Assembly (NCBI RefSeq): GCF_001447785.1
Contig: NW_015174859.1
Location: 637,808-701,807, forward strand
Source: Gekko japonicus
Taxonomy: Eukaryota
Reading direction: 5' to 3'
Length of the DNA stretch: 64,000 nt
Positions within the stretch are counted from its first letter, which is position 1. Each line of letters begins with the position of its first letter. Both the position numbers and the translations under genes were made by a program. Of this stretch, positions 1-12,438 are shown piece by piece. The notes beneath the pieces were generated by a model. It had not been told where the DNA came from and ran no database searches. It was given only the letters and a program-made list of their open reading frames with translations.

Positions 1-236
1 TCAATAAATCCTCTTTTATCCAAGTTTATACCAGCTCTGAATGAAATACTTCCCAGGACCACATAGTTCCTCGTAAGCCTTAAACTCGGTCTACCAAACT
101 AGTAAGAGCAAAAGTAAAAGCATAAAGGTTTGGAAATCCTTAAAATTTCCTGGTGGCAGCAGAATCTACCCAGTTAAACAAAATAAAGAGAACTTTTAAA
201 GGGAAACTAGTCCTCCCCAATAAGGAGGACGTCACA
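1..236 (+). mobile_element. Probable 3' end of an LTR (Gypsy-like)
   Basis: AATAAA, internal CTGGTGGCAGC and terminal ...GTCACA; 5' end outside the window. Confidence 0.4.
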
Positions 237-259
237 CTAATAATTATAATAATAATAAT

Positions 260-503
260 AGGAGGACATTGGATTTATACCTCACCCTTCACTACCTGAA
301 GGAGTCTCAGAGTGGCTTAAAACTCCTTTCCCTTCCCCTCCCCACAACAGACACCCTGTGAGGTAGGTGGGGCTGAGAGAGCTCTGAGAGAACCATGACT
401 GACCCAAGGTCACACCAGCAGGTGCATGCGGAGGAGTGCAGAATCAAACTCGGTTCTCCCAGATTAGAGTTTGTGCCTCTAACCACTACACCAAACCGGC
501 TCT
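260..503 (-). mobile_element. tRNA-derived CORE SINE (Squam3-like)
   Basis: Reverse complement of GAGCCAGTTTGGTGTAGTGGTTA...ACCTACCTCACAGGG...TATAAATCCAAT; same family recurs many times in the window. Confidence 0.85.
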
Positions 504-774
504 ACATAATAACTGGCTCTGCATAATAACTACAACTTCCTACAAAGGAAATGTCCTGGGTGAACTTGGTCTGGACACACACTCTCAGCCTAATCCACTT
601 CACTGGATTCCTCCTCTGAAACAGTTCACATTGCTTTCTTACTGAGAAAGACTGGATCATGAGGGCATGAATACAGTGATATGGGGGAGGAAGACTAGAT
701 CATGAGGGCATAAATACAGTAAAAAGGGGGAGGGAACTCAGTTGCATCCAAGAGAGCCCGGACATAAGGAGCCC

Positions 775-816
<42 letters not shown>
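775..816. repeat. (CA)n microsatellite flanked by a duplicated CATAAGGAGCC(C)AAC
   Basis: Direct reading. Confidence 0.9.
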
Positions 817-817
<1 letters not shown>

Positions 818-1721
818 CATAAGGAGCCAACGAAGCACAGACACACTATAGCAGGGCACACAAAAGATCATATCTCGAATAAAACTTTTTTGGTCTTAAA
901 GGTGCCTGGTATTTCTCCCATGTGATTGAGGCAGGCCAGCAAAGCAAGTTCTCCCTCCCTCCCTCCTTTCAGGGAGGAGCCTCAGCCAGTGGAAGGAAAA
1001 AAAGTATTCCCTTTGTCTCCTGTATATAGCCTGGCCAGGAAGCCAGCTCGGGCTGGTTCCCTCCCTCCCCCGGGAGGAGGAGGGGGAGGAGCCTCAGCCA
1101 GTGCTTTACCAGACTCTATCCATTGCACAGGAGAGGCTTGCCTATCTATGTCTCCTGTGCGATTGAGAAAGTCTGGCAAAGCAAGCTGCAACATAACAGC
1201 AGCAGCGGAACAGGAAAAGGAAGCAGGAAATAGACAGTTCCACTTTCCGCACAACTTTTTGCCTCCCCAGGAGTACATCCAAATGTAGTGCCTCGTTACC
1301 CTGTTTTCCTAATCCATTTTTCCCACATTTTTTTCCCCTTCAGATCCGAACTCGCAGTTTTCCAGTGAGGAATTCTCGATTTAGAATTTTGTTTCCCTCT
1401 TGTGTCATCAGTGTTGCGTGTTCACCCCCCTCCGATCCTCCTAAGGTTGTCCTGAATGATCCACTAATTTTTTCTAACATAAAATTGATTGTGTTATGAT
1501 GCAATTCCCCCCCCCCCCATTATAATATACCGATGTTACAATGTTGGAACAAAACAGGCAGCGAGTGTTCATGTAGCCTTCTGCATGCAATTACCCGTCC
1601 AGGAAGTTCCTTTCCTTTCTTTCTTTCTTTTTGGGCGGGCAAGTTTTGATGCCACGTGTTTGTGTTGTTTCTTCATTCTCCTCCCTGCTCTTCTCTTCCC
1701 CTATAGCTCCCGGTGTATTTT

Positions 1722-2640
1722 CTTTTTTTACAACGTTATGATGTTATAACATTACTACATATGCAAAAAGAGAGAGGTTCTGTCGCTGATGAAGTAGATG
1801 AAGACACATTTAGCATGTTTCATAATTACTGAATAACACTGTTATGAATCGGTGTATCCAGTTCGACTATCACCAGTCATTTTCTTAGTTGGCGACTAAG
1901 GAGGAGCAGGGGCCCTTGGAAATTGCAGCAACCGTCCTATTTCCCACAATACATTCAGCCTTTTTTTTACAATGTTATGATGTTATAACACTACTGCGTA
2001 TGCAAAAAAAAGGAGGTTCCATCACTGACGAAGTACATGGCAACACATTTAGTGTGCTTCATAATTACTGAATAATAGTGTTATGAATTGATGCATCAAG
2101 TTTGACAATTGCCAGTCATATTCTTAGTTGGTGACTAAGGAGGAGCGGGGGAACCTTTGAAATGGCAGCAGCAACTATATCACAATGGATATAAGATTAA
2201 TGCAATGTCCAGTTCCGCAAATTCTCATACTTACTTACTTATATCATCTCCACTAGCTCTAATATTTCCTTTTCTTTCTTCTGTTTCTTACCGCTCCAAT
2301 AGTTCGGGATGCTTCCTAATGTTCCTATCAAGTTTACGCTAAGTCTGTTATCTTTCTACTGAAATCATATTCGGAAGTGTGTTGAGTAATGTATTGTAAT
2401 TCTTTGAACATGTTATAACGTTGTACATACGCAGGAACTATTTACAGGATGTGAATGTAATTGGAAAATTAATTGTTCACTGTTTGAAGTGTTAGAATTG
2501 TTAAAAATTGAAAAAATAAATTAAACTATGCTGTTCTCCACGATACATCCAGCCTTTTTTAAAAAAACAATGATGTTATAACGTTCCTGCAAATGTGAAA
2601 AAAGGAGAGTCCCTTCCTGACGAAGTGCATGATGACATGG
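1722..2640 (+). repeat. Diverged ~237-bp tandem unit (two near-full copies plus a partial third at about 2530-2640)
   Basis: GTTATGATGTTATAAC...CATAATTACTGAATAA...GACTAAGGAGGAGC occurs twice, and the unit start recurs near 2570. Confidence 0.8.
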
Positions 2641-3419
2641 CAGCACAACCCCTTTTCAAAGGAAGTGCGGAACACATGGGGATGGTTGGATCCAAATACA
2701 AGAAAAAAATCCCCCCAAATAAAAGTCAGAGCATCAGCTGGGGATTCAGCTTGCTGGGAAACAAGGGCAACACTGAGATGTGGAAAAGGTCTAAGTTTAG
2801 GCTCGATAAGAGATTAGGTATTGCCCATGTTTCCGTTCACCACACTTGCCCAACATTTGTCACTGGCTGCTGTCCCTTCTGGGTTCCGTACAGCACCCTG
2901 CACACAGCTTGCTCCTTCTCATCATTAGAGCTGCCATTTGATGCAAGAGCTATAAATGTCCCTTCTTACTCCTGGGCCTTGTCAGATCCAAATTCATAAG
3001 CCAGGCAACATTTAATACCTGAACAGCTGCTGCCTTTGCAGAATCAGAAAGAAGGAGGACTCTGTCACTTGTCCCACCCCCTGAAAGTAATCTCTGTGCA
3101 GATGGCTAAAAATAAAGCAGACTTAGAGGGTGTTTTTCACCAGCTACCAGGCCCTCAAAAGAGCTAGCACAATGGCATCCCACCCACCCCCGGTTCCCAT
3201 TTTACAGACTGGGCAGGTGGGGCTGACAGAGTCCCTGTTTGTGAATCCAGGCCCCTCCAGCTCAACGCTCCAGCATGCAAACATTCAGGCATAGGAAATC
3301 CATTTGCACCCCTCTCCCAAGTCCACAACAGACTTACCTCTGAAGGCCAAAAGGAAGATGAAAGGGAAACTCAAGAAAGTCACATCCCTGGAGCTATTTA
3401 TTGGAAGCTATTTAAAACC

Positions 3420-3749
3420 GCAGGGTTGCGGTGGCTCAAGTGGTTAAGATGCTGAACTGCAGACCGGAAGGTCGGTAGTTCAGCCGTTCGAGACTTGAGT
3501 GCCGCATGACGGAATGAACCCCCGTCTCTGGTCCCAGCTCCTGCCAACCTAGCAGTTTGAAAGCAAGAAATTGCAAGTAGATTGCTTTGGTGGGAAGGTA
3601 ACAGCGTTCCGTGAGCCTCAGAGTATAGTCATGCCGGCCACATGACCACGGAAATGTCTTTGGACAGCGCTGGCTCTTAAGCTTGGAAACGGAGATGAGC
3701 ACCGCATCCCTAGAGTCGGATTTGACTGGATTTCGAACCTTTACCTTTA
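3420..3749 (+). mobile_element. Sauria SINE (Squam1)
   Basis: tRNA-like head GGTGGCTCAAGTGGTTAA, CCCAGCTCCTGCCAACCTAGCAGTT core, (ACCTTT)n tail, 12-bp TSD CTATTTAAAACC at 3408-3419 and 3750-3761. Confidence 0.9.
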
Positions 3750-3993
3750 CTATTTAAAACCACACTAATTGAAACCCCAAAATAATGCATTTGCCGAGTT
3801 AGGGAAGATACTGCCACATCTAAAAGGATTGTGGTTAATGAACCCAATTCAAGGAAGCCTCAAAAGGCAAAGAGTGGAAGCTCTGTGCCAATGAGGTGAA
3901 CAGAAGGAAGCTGGGGGTCTGGCAAAAGAAGTACAAGTTCATCATTAGGCAAGCAAAAGAAGAATTTGAGGAGTGGATTGCTGAAAGTCTCAA

Positions 3994-5803
3994 AGAGATG
4001 TAAAATTTCCAGAAATTTTGAAGCCGGAAAACCCCCCGGGTTTTTTCTAGTTTTTTTGGGGGGGGGAAACGGAAATTTTCAGAAAAATTGGAAAAAAATG
4101 CTACATTAGCATTTCTTTTGTCTTTTCTAGATTGAAAGTCATTCTGTTACTTTAGGAAAATAAAATATGACTATGGACATTTTTACTTGNNNNNNNNNNN
4201 NNNNNNNNNNNNNNNNNNNNNNNNNNNNNNNNNNNNNNNNNNNNNNNNNNNNNNNNNNNNNNNNNNNNNNNNNNNNNNNNNNNNNNNNNNNNNNNNNNNN
4301 NNNNNNNNNNNNNNNNNNNNNNNNNNNNNNNNNNNNNNNNNNNNNNNNNNNNNNNNNNNNNNNNNNNNNNNNNNNNNNNNNNNNNNNNNNNNNNNNNNNN
4401 NNNNNNNNNNNNNNNNNNNNNNNNNNNNNNNNNNNNNNNNNNNNNNNNNNNNNNNNNNNNNNNNNNNNNNNNNNNNNNNNNNNNNNNNNNNNNNNNNNNN
4501 NNNNNNNNNNNNNNNNNNNNNNNNNNNNNNNNNNNNNNNNNNNNNNNNNNNNNNNNNNNNNNNNNNNNNNNNNNNNNNNNNNNNNNNNNNNNNNNNNNNN
4601 NNNNNNNNNNNNNNNNNNNNNNNNNNNNNNNNNNNNNNNNNNNNNNNNNNNNNNNNNNNNNNNNNNNNNNNNNNNNNNNNNNNNNNNNNNNNNNNNNNNN
4701 NNNNNNNNNNNNNNNNNNNNNNNNNNNNNNNNNNNNNNNNNNNNNNNNNNNNNNNNNNNNNNNNNNNNNNNNNNNNNNNNNNNNNNNNNNNNNNNNNNNN
4801 NNNNNNNNNNNNNNNNNNNNNNNNNNNNNNNNNNNNNNNNNNNNNNNNNNNNNNNNNNNNNNNNNNNNNNNNNNNNNNNNNNNNNNNNNNNNGATAGATA
4901 AGACAGAATTGGAAACCACTTTGCACTGAACGTCTTGGATGAGTTGTTTTTCATGTAAGTACCAGTTTTGTCAGTTATACTCTCGAGGACATATTGGTCC
5001 CATAACTTTCTGAACCAGGTGTGGATGTCAGGGGTATTCTTGTCTTTCAAAGCCGGGAGAGTTTAAAAGCAGGACAACTGCAATGTAAAAGCTGAACTGT
5101 TCTGTTCTGGCTATCAGATGTTGATCCCTGTTGGAGTTGTGTTCCAGTTGAAGAATAAAGTTGTGTTCTTGCTGAATCACTCTCCGACTTCTTTGTTAAG
5201 TGAGCGATTTAACAAAAACTGAGACCTTTTAATTTTCTTCTGACAATAGCACCTCCTAAAGGAAGAAATGCATCTTGTTCTTGCATTGGAGAGTTCAGTT
5301 TGTAACCTAGGACTTGCTTGTCCTCAGTGCACAGAAATTAGATCAATCTGATACCATATATATATATTTTAGAAATGATTTGGAAAATATTTGAACACCT
5401 TGTCTTAAAATATTTTATTCATCATGTTAAAATAAAACGTTCCATAATCAATTTTTGTGTGTCCAAACAATTATTACAAACAGAATACCCACCCACATGC
5501 AAAAACAAAACTGAAACTTTTTTATTTTCTTCTGACAATCGCACCTCCTAAAGGAAGAAATGCATCTTGTTCTTGCATTGGAGAGTTCAGTTTGTAACCT
5601 AGGACTTGCTTGTCCTCAGTGCACAGAAATTAGATCAATCTGATACCATATATATATATATATATTTTAGAAATGATTTGGAAAATATTTGAACACCTTG
5701 CCTTAAAATATTTTATTCATCATGTTAAAATAAAATGTTCCATAATCAATTTTTTTCCTTTTCTTTTTTCAATTTTTCCAACTTCCCGGGCCTTCACATC
5801 TCT
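3994..5803 (+). mobile_element. Non-autonomous hAT-type DNA element with internal duplication and insertions
   Basis: TIR AGAGATGTAAA / TTCACATCTCT, 8-bp TSD AGTCTCAA; relatives at 56169-56760 and from about 43878. Confidence 0.8.
4893..5050 (-). mobile_element. L1/Tx1-like LINE ORF2 C-terminal fragment
   Basis: KDKNTPDIHTWFRKLWDQYVLESIT...FSAKWFPILSYL resembles L1-clade C-termini; runs into the N gap. Confidence 0.55.
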
Positions 5804-5966
5804 AGTCTCAATAAGCCTTTCCTTAAATATATCTGGAGAAGGAAATAGGCAGTTGGGCCTTTGGATGAGCAAAGACTAAAATGATTGCTGAGGGAAGATG
5901 AGTTGATAGAGAAGAAGAATTATTTCTTTGCATATGTGTTCACTGTGGAAAGTGTGGGACACGTAG

Positions 5967-6414
5967 AAGGAGATTTTTATACCTTGCTTTTCTCTACCCT
6001 AAGGAGTCTCAGAGTGGCGTACAGTCTCCTTCCCTTCCTCTCCCCAAAACAGGCACCTTGTGAGGTGGGTGGGGCTGAAAGAGGCCTGGGAGAACTGTGC
6101 CTGGACCAGCAGGCTTCACATGGAGGAGTATGGAATCCAGCCTGGCTCTCCAGAGTAGAGTCTGCCACTCTTAACCAGCAATGTTCCCTCTAAGCTATGG
6201 AGTCTTGTGAGCAAAAATTCTACTTGGTGAGCTACTGGCATTAAAGTTGTGAGTGAGTGAGTGATTTGGCTGCTGCATAAACTGGTTTGCTCTTGAGCCA
6301 TTCCTCCTGAGCTAAGACAAAAATGTGTGAGCCGGAGGCTCAAAAACCGTGAGCTAGCTCACACTAACTCAGCTTAGAGGGAACATTGTTAACCAGTACA
6401 CCATGCTGGCTCTC
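5967..6414 (-). mobile_element. Squam3-like SINE split by a hAT MITE
   Basis: SINE body 5967-6178 resumes at 6389-6414. Confidence 0.75.
6179..6388 (+). mobile_element. hAT MITE (~205 bp family)
   Basis: TIR CAATGTTCCCTCTAAGCT / AGCTTAGAGGGAACATTG; 8-bp TSD TTAACCAG. Confidence 0.9.
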
Positions 6415-7395
6415 ATACCAGATCCACCATTTTCTGGAAGGCAGTCTGAAGAACTGAGTCAAATTGAGGTGACACAAGATGAAGTTTTAGACTTATATGG
6501 GAAATTAAAAACCAGTAAGTCTCCAGGTCCTGATGGCATACACCTAAGAGTTCTTAGGGGATTCAGATGTGAGATTGTATAAATAACATATCACTGTACC
6601 AGAGGACCGGAAAGTAACAAATGTTTGTTGGTCTTAAAGGTGCCACTGGACTCTTAAATTTGTTTAAATGTTACACTAGTTTTTAAGGAAGGGAAACAGG
6701 ACATCACAGGCCACTTAGCCTAACATCTGTCCCAGGTAAACTAGTAGAAGCTGTAATCAAAGATAGAATTATCAGGCACACAGAAGAGCAAAGCCTGCTG
6801 AGGGAAAATCAGCATGGCTTCTGTAAAGTGCTGGGGGATAACAGGGAGAGACTTGGCCTCTATGCCACATGGCCTCTAGGCTGTGGCTGGCTGCTGTGTG
6901 AAGCAGGACAATGAACCCTAGTGGCTGGAATGGGGGAAAAGATGGGAGCGTTGCTGGCCCTGTACCTATAAGGTGCTTGAAACTAAAATGAGCAGGAGGG
7001 TGGCCAGATAGGGAAGCCTTAGGGTAAGCAGAGGTGAGGGCTCTGAATAGTCAGGCAGCCACCCACACACTTCCTCTCTTCAACAAGGACAGAAGAACCC
7101 TGCTGGATCAGACAGTGGTCCATCTAGCCCTGTATCCTGTTTCACATAGTAGCCAGCCAGTTACCCTGGAGGACCAACAACAGGGCATAGAGGTTTTCCC
7201 TTTGTGTTGCCTCCTGGTACTGGTATTCAGAGCTTGACTACCTCTGAATGTGGAGGTTCCCTTTAGTCAGCATGGCTGATACCCACAGATAGACCTGTCC
7301 TCCATCAATCTGTCTAATCCCCCTTTAAAACTATTCCTGTGGTCATCACTACATCCTCTGGCAGCGAATTCCACACTAACATATCAGTTTGGTGT

Positions 7396-7680
7396 AGAGC
7401 CAGTTTGGTGTAGTGGTTAAGTGTGCGGACTCTAATTTGGGAGAACCGGGTTTGATTCCCCACTCCTCCACTTGCAGCTGCTGCTGATCTTGGGCAAGCC
7501 ATAGTTCTGACAAGAGCTGTCCTTGAAAGGGCAGTTCTTGAAAGAGCTCTCCCAGCCCCACCTACCTCACAGGGTGTCTGCTGTGGGGAGGGGAAGGGAA
7601 AGGAGTTTGTAAGCTGCTCTGAGACTCCATGTGAAGGGCGGAGTATAAATCCAACCACCACCTCCTCCTCCTCTTCTTCT
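7396..7680 (+). mobile_element. Squam3-like SINE inserted in a CR1 3' end (about 7088-7380, minus)
   Basis: Full head-to-tail match; head partly duplicated at 7385-7397. Confidence 0.85.
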
Positions 7681-7816
7681 TTCTCTGCGTAAAGGAGTAT
7701 TATGTTTGCTGTGCAGCTGCCCATAGTGTGATGTGAGGCATGGAAAATCCAAGTTTCATTGCTGTACCCAGCCAGCCATGATGTCTCCTGGACGACCTAG
7801 AGTCAGTCACTAGTAC

Positions 7817-8022
7817 CAATGTTCCCTCTAAGCTGAGTTAGTGTGAGCTAGCTCACAGTTTTTTAGCCTCTGGCTCACATATTTTTGTCTTCGCTCAGGA
7901 AGGATGGCTCCAGAACAAACTAATTTATGCAGCAGCCAAATTGCTCGCTCACAACTTTAATGCCAGTAGCTCACAAAGTAGAATTTTTGCTCACACGACT
8001 CCACAGCTTAGAGGGAACACAG
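7817..8022 (-). mobile_element. hAT MITE, opposite orientation to 6179-6388
   Basis: Same TIRs; TSD not recognisable. Confidence 0.85.
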
Positions 8023-8825
8023 GCAGCTTGAGCTGTCTTACAGGGGGACCGCTGGGCTAAAATGGGAAAGGGGGAGCCATTCATGATCCTGTGAGTTCTG
8101 CGGAGGAACTATAAATGTAGTAATCATACTTTTGGTGGCAAAGCTTAATTCTCACACACAGAAAGGAAACCAAAAATGGGTAAAACATTTCTACCAGAAG
8201 CTTAACTTTGCAAGAGATCTGCCTCTTGTCATTTATACAAGAACAAACAACTAGGGAAGGAATGCAATGCCCATTCTGCTGCCCTCTCCCAATCCCTGAC
8301 CATTTCTATAATGATTTAATCCATTCTGCCTTTTTATTCATGAACATAAAACAAAAGGTTGTTGCTGTGTGGGTGTGGGCTGTGTACAGATTGTAGCATT
8401 TCCAGCTAGTGAGAAGGTAGGAAGGATTCTTCTTGTTGTGACTGGACAGAGGCTCTTCTTTTTGCTGCTGTTGGACTTGCCCTATGCACAGCTGAGGGGC
8501 TGATCCCATAAAAGTTAAGCATTCTGGTCTTTGTGAGTGGGGCAAGAAACAGAGTGCAAATCTTCCCCTTTCTTTGGGAACAGAGACCAGACAGCGTCCC
8601 TTTCACATAGGCAAAAAAGTGATCCTGGCTAAGGTTTGCCTCCCCATCCTTGGAGCACAAGGTGCTTCACAGGAAATCAGGAAGGATCACTTTTGTATCT
8701 GAAGTGCCCGCCTGGAAGCTGTTGCCCCCGTCATGGGAAGATGCTTGGTTTGGACCTTCCCAGTGTTTGTGATTGGCCCTGCCCTGTGGCAGCCCTGCTG
8801 TGATCAGTGACAGCAATTCTATAGC

Positions 8826-9090
8826 AGAAGAAGAAGGCTAGATTTATACCCCGCCCTTCACTCGGAGTCTCAGAGCGGCTTACAAACTCCTTTCCCTTCC
8901 CCTCCCCACAGCAGACACCCTGTAAGAGGTAGGTGGGGCTGAGAGTTTTTTCCAGAACTGTCCTTGAGAAAACAGCTCTGACAGAACTACGGCTTGCCCA
9001 AGGTCATCCGGCAGCTGCAAGTGGAAGAGTGGGGAATCAAACCCGGTTCTCTCAGATCAGAGTCCGCGCACTTAACCACTACACCAAACT
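8826..9090 (-). mobile_element. Squam3-like SINE
   Basis: Family match. Confidence 0.85.
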
Positions 9091-9339
9091 AGTGCTTTCT
9101 ACCCTTTCTTAACATTCCAAAAGTGCCTGCAGGCTCAATGAGGTTGAGGGTCCCTGGATTACGGAGCAAAAAGAAATGGAAACAATCCATATACAAAAGA
9201 ACCTTCTCAGGAAAACTCCTCCATTAGCATGTTCATAGCCTGGGGAACTCCTACAAGATAATGACTCAGCCCTACCCCACCTTCTGGAGTAGATATAAAT
9301 TACCTGCCTACCATTTTTCTTCTCACCTTGACACAGAGA

Positions 9340-9490
9340 GTACTCCATCTTTCTGTGTTATACCTCTGAGGATGCCAGTTACAGCTACTGGCGAAATGTC
9401 AGGTTCTACAATGCCAAGACCATGGCCACACAACCCAGAAAATCTACAGCAACTAATGAACTCCAGCCGTGAAAGCCTTCGACAACATAT
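9340..9490 (+). mobile_element. Penelope-like element terminal fragment
   Basis: CCTCTGAGGATGCC...GGCGAAATGTCAGG...GAAAGCCTTCGACAA. Confidence 0.7.
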
Positions 9491-9829
9491 TAAAAAGAAA
9501 TGTTTTGGTCTGGCTCCTAAAAGACAGATATCAAGCAAGCCTCAAGGGGAGTGGGGCATTCCAAAGACAAGATGCTACTACGGAAAAAGGCTTGTCTCTA
9601 GTTGCCACCCACCTCACCTCTGCAGGCAAGAGCAAAGAGAGTAGTGCTTGTGTAGAGATATACATCATGCACGACTGAGTTTTCTTGTATGGACAAGCCA
9701 GTCCAGTTGTGAATGATTCCTATAGCACAATACCAAAAGACCACTTGAGTCTGCCCTATCATCTCCAAAAAACTTCTCTCTCCTTGTTTGTGCTCAGGAA
9801 AGCACAAGAGAGGATATCAGTGTTTATTT

Positions 9830-10110
9830 GAGAGCCAGTTTGGTCTAGTGATTAGAAGCGTGGACTCTAATCTGGGAAAAACGGGTTTAAATCACCACTC
9901 CTCCCACGCAGCTGCTGGTGTGACCTTGGGGCACTCATGGGTCTCTCAGAGCTGTTCTCTCAAGGGCAGTTCTCAAAAGAGCTCTCTCAGTCCCACCTAC
10001 CTCACAGGGTGTCTTGTTGTGAGGAGGGGAAGGGAAAGGAGATTGTAAGCCGCTCTGAGACTCCTTCAGGTAGTGAAGGGTGGAGTTTAGATCCAATCTC
10101 CTCTTCCTCT
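9830..10110 (+). mobile_element. Squam3-like SINE
   Basis: Family match. Confidence 0.85.
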
Positions 10111-12314
10111 ACCTTTTGCTTCTATATATCATATTAGTGCATCTGATCCAAAACAGGTTAATATTCTAAAGAACATTAAAGATATAAGTTCTGGAACGGG
10201 ATGGTTGCAGATTTGGCTACTGGTGCAGTGAGCTCTAAAAGGCGGTGGGACAGACTCATGGAGAACAGGGCCCACCGTCCATGGCTAGCAGCCATGATGA
10301 CTAAAGGGAACCTACACATTCAGAATAACTCAGCTAGGGGGCAGTGAGAGGGGAAGGCCTCAGTCTCTATGCCCTGTTATTGGCCCTCCTGAGTAACCCA
10401 GTGTAAAACAGGATGCCACTGTCTGATCTAGCATGGCTCTTCTTGTATTTTGATAGGCCAGTATCAGTTTTGCCTATAGTCCATCTAAATGTTCATACTT
10501 TTGGGGGGAAATTACTAAGAGAATATATGTTCTTTTTATAGTCAAATATCTTCTCAAAATAACAAACAAGAATAACTGAAAAAAATTACAAATTGCTATT
10601 CAGTTATACATTAAGCACTTTGGTGTACCACAAAGCAAAGACAGGTTGGCAAGGGATTTTTTTAAAAAATCAACTTTTATTGGCCTTTTTTGTTTGACAA
10701 AACACACACACAAAACACAGTGAGCTGGGGGTATAGGGGAGTTAACAGCACTCTGTATGCACACCCCAAGGTGTATTTACAGCCCTGCAACCTGGGTAAA
10801 TTCCAATACTGAAGAAATTTTCCATACATGTGCTGCTACATGTTTTTTTAAATGACAACTATTACTGATCCTATATTAATTATTTGCATTGCTTATTCTG
10901 CTTGACATGTGGACTTATCCTTGCCCTCAACCATTGGAAGTTGATTCCAGACCCTCTCCCCAAGCTTGTTAAGAGACCACAAGGTTCTCTTCTCAGTCAT
11001 CAGGACTAGGAACTTTAAAGAAAGGGACCCAGAATTCTCAAGGAAGCTGAATTCTGAGTTTCATGCCAGTGCTGGAGTGTCAGGAAAGCCTTAACAGGAA
11101 TCACTGCAGGCATCTAGCCTCCTTCCTGTCTAGGGTCTGTGGGTGGGTGGTCTCTGCTTAAAGCAGGAGGGGCTGGACTACCGTTAGGGCTCTCTTTCTC
11201 CTGCTCTCTCAGGCAATTTCAAGCTCCCCCTCCACTATCTTCACAGGCTGCCCTTTCAGAGAGAGCTCCAGCTGTACCCTTCCATCAAGCCGGAGCCCTC
11301 AGCCTCCAGTAGTTCAGATTTCTCCCTGACCCCTTGGTGTTTCAGGTGGGGGCACATCCCCATATTTCTTCACCACCCCTCTCTGCTCCCCTCCTTTTCT
11401 TTTCACTATAGAACATGTCCATAGCAGGGGGCCAAGGGCTGGGCCAGGGATCGGCAGCCTTTCCTAATTAAACAGCCAAATCGCCACAATGTCCAGAGGA
11501 AGAGTTGGTAACAGAAAGCCTGTATGCATAACCATGTTTGTTAATAATCCATAAAAATTTCCATAGCGCGAGTGTTCGCTGGGAGTCTTTTATTAGGCAG
11601 TGGCAGACATGAGCTCTCACCAGAAGCCAAAAATATACACAGGGGCACAGACTGTTTCAGCGCACCTCCATAAGTCTGTGCAGGGTTTGTACTTGGATTA
11701 CCAGCAACTGCTCACCCCTATCATTTCCCTTTTTAGAAAGCATCTCCAAGAAGCCCTTCGCCTGCCATTCCGACCGCATACTGGGTATCCTAGCATCTCA
11801 CCTACCGCTCCCACAGACCTTCGTGGAAACGGTCTTATTTTCTTTTGTCGAGAGCCCATCTGGTTCCAAGATGAGCCGCATCCGGCTCCGGAGCCATCTC
11901 CGGAGCCATCGGCGCAGACCCCCCTGGGGTGCTTCATGCGGTGTGCCAAGACCAGCCTGCCCAGCAGGTGCCCCGTTCCCACAGAACAAGAGCCCTTCCA
12001 GAGGGAGTCCTAGCACATGCCAACCTCCAGCCACAGGCACACTTGCCAAGACCCTTGGGGCAGCAACAGCTAAGCAGGAGATGCCACGAGCGAGCCTCCT
12101 GCCGCCCAGGTCTCCCTCCGTGGGGTGGGAAGGACCCTGCAGGTAGCAGGGCCAACGTGGGGCCAGCCCCGGCCGGGACTGAAGGGGACGTGGGAAAGGT
12201 GCGACCTTCCTCCCTTGAGAACAAAGGCAGCGGGGGGTAGGGGTGGGGGTGGCTGGCTCCCAGGAAGAGGCATCTTTCAGGGAGGGCTCTGCTGCCCCGG
12301 CTGCTCCCACTGAC

Positions 12315-12438
12315 CTTTCTCGTACTTGAGGTAGAGGATGGAGACCACGAAGTAGCCCAGGTCGAAGACTGGGAAGACCGGCAGGTGGGCGAAGGCGGCG
12401 GCCAGCTCGGCCACGTCCAGGGCGCCCAGCACTTCCAT
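12315..12438 (-). CDS. TMEM38A: Trimeric intracellular cation channel A (TRIC-A), coding exon 1; later exons not found in the window
   Basis: [42 protein letters not shown] matches the TRIC-A N-terminus; Kozak gccATGG; donor G|gtcagt; 124 nt; head-to-head with SMIM7 as in other vertebrates. Confidence 0.93.

Larger units (their letters stand above)
3770..6830 (+). mobile_element. Decayed CR1 LINE ORF2 fragment, interrupted by nested elements
   Basis: Residual motifs RQAKEEFEE, FFAYVFTVE, KSPGPDGIHLRVL, SLTSVPGKLVE, NQHGFCK. Confidence 0.8.

Noticed and set aside
4139-5050. Long ORFs of 236-303 aa
   Set aside because: They are runs of X across the N gap 4190-4892
7396-7470. tRNA-like A/B boxes (also at 3420, 9830 and 51357)
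   Set aside because: These are SINE heads, not tRNA genes
11530-12070. Possible minus-strand LTR or ORF in TMEM38A intron 1
   Set aside because: No second terminus, TSD or recognisable protein similarity
1-12314. TMEM38A exon 2
   Set aside because: No WLCAMLHCFG-like segment seen; it presumably lies left of the window
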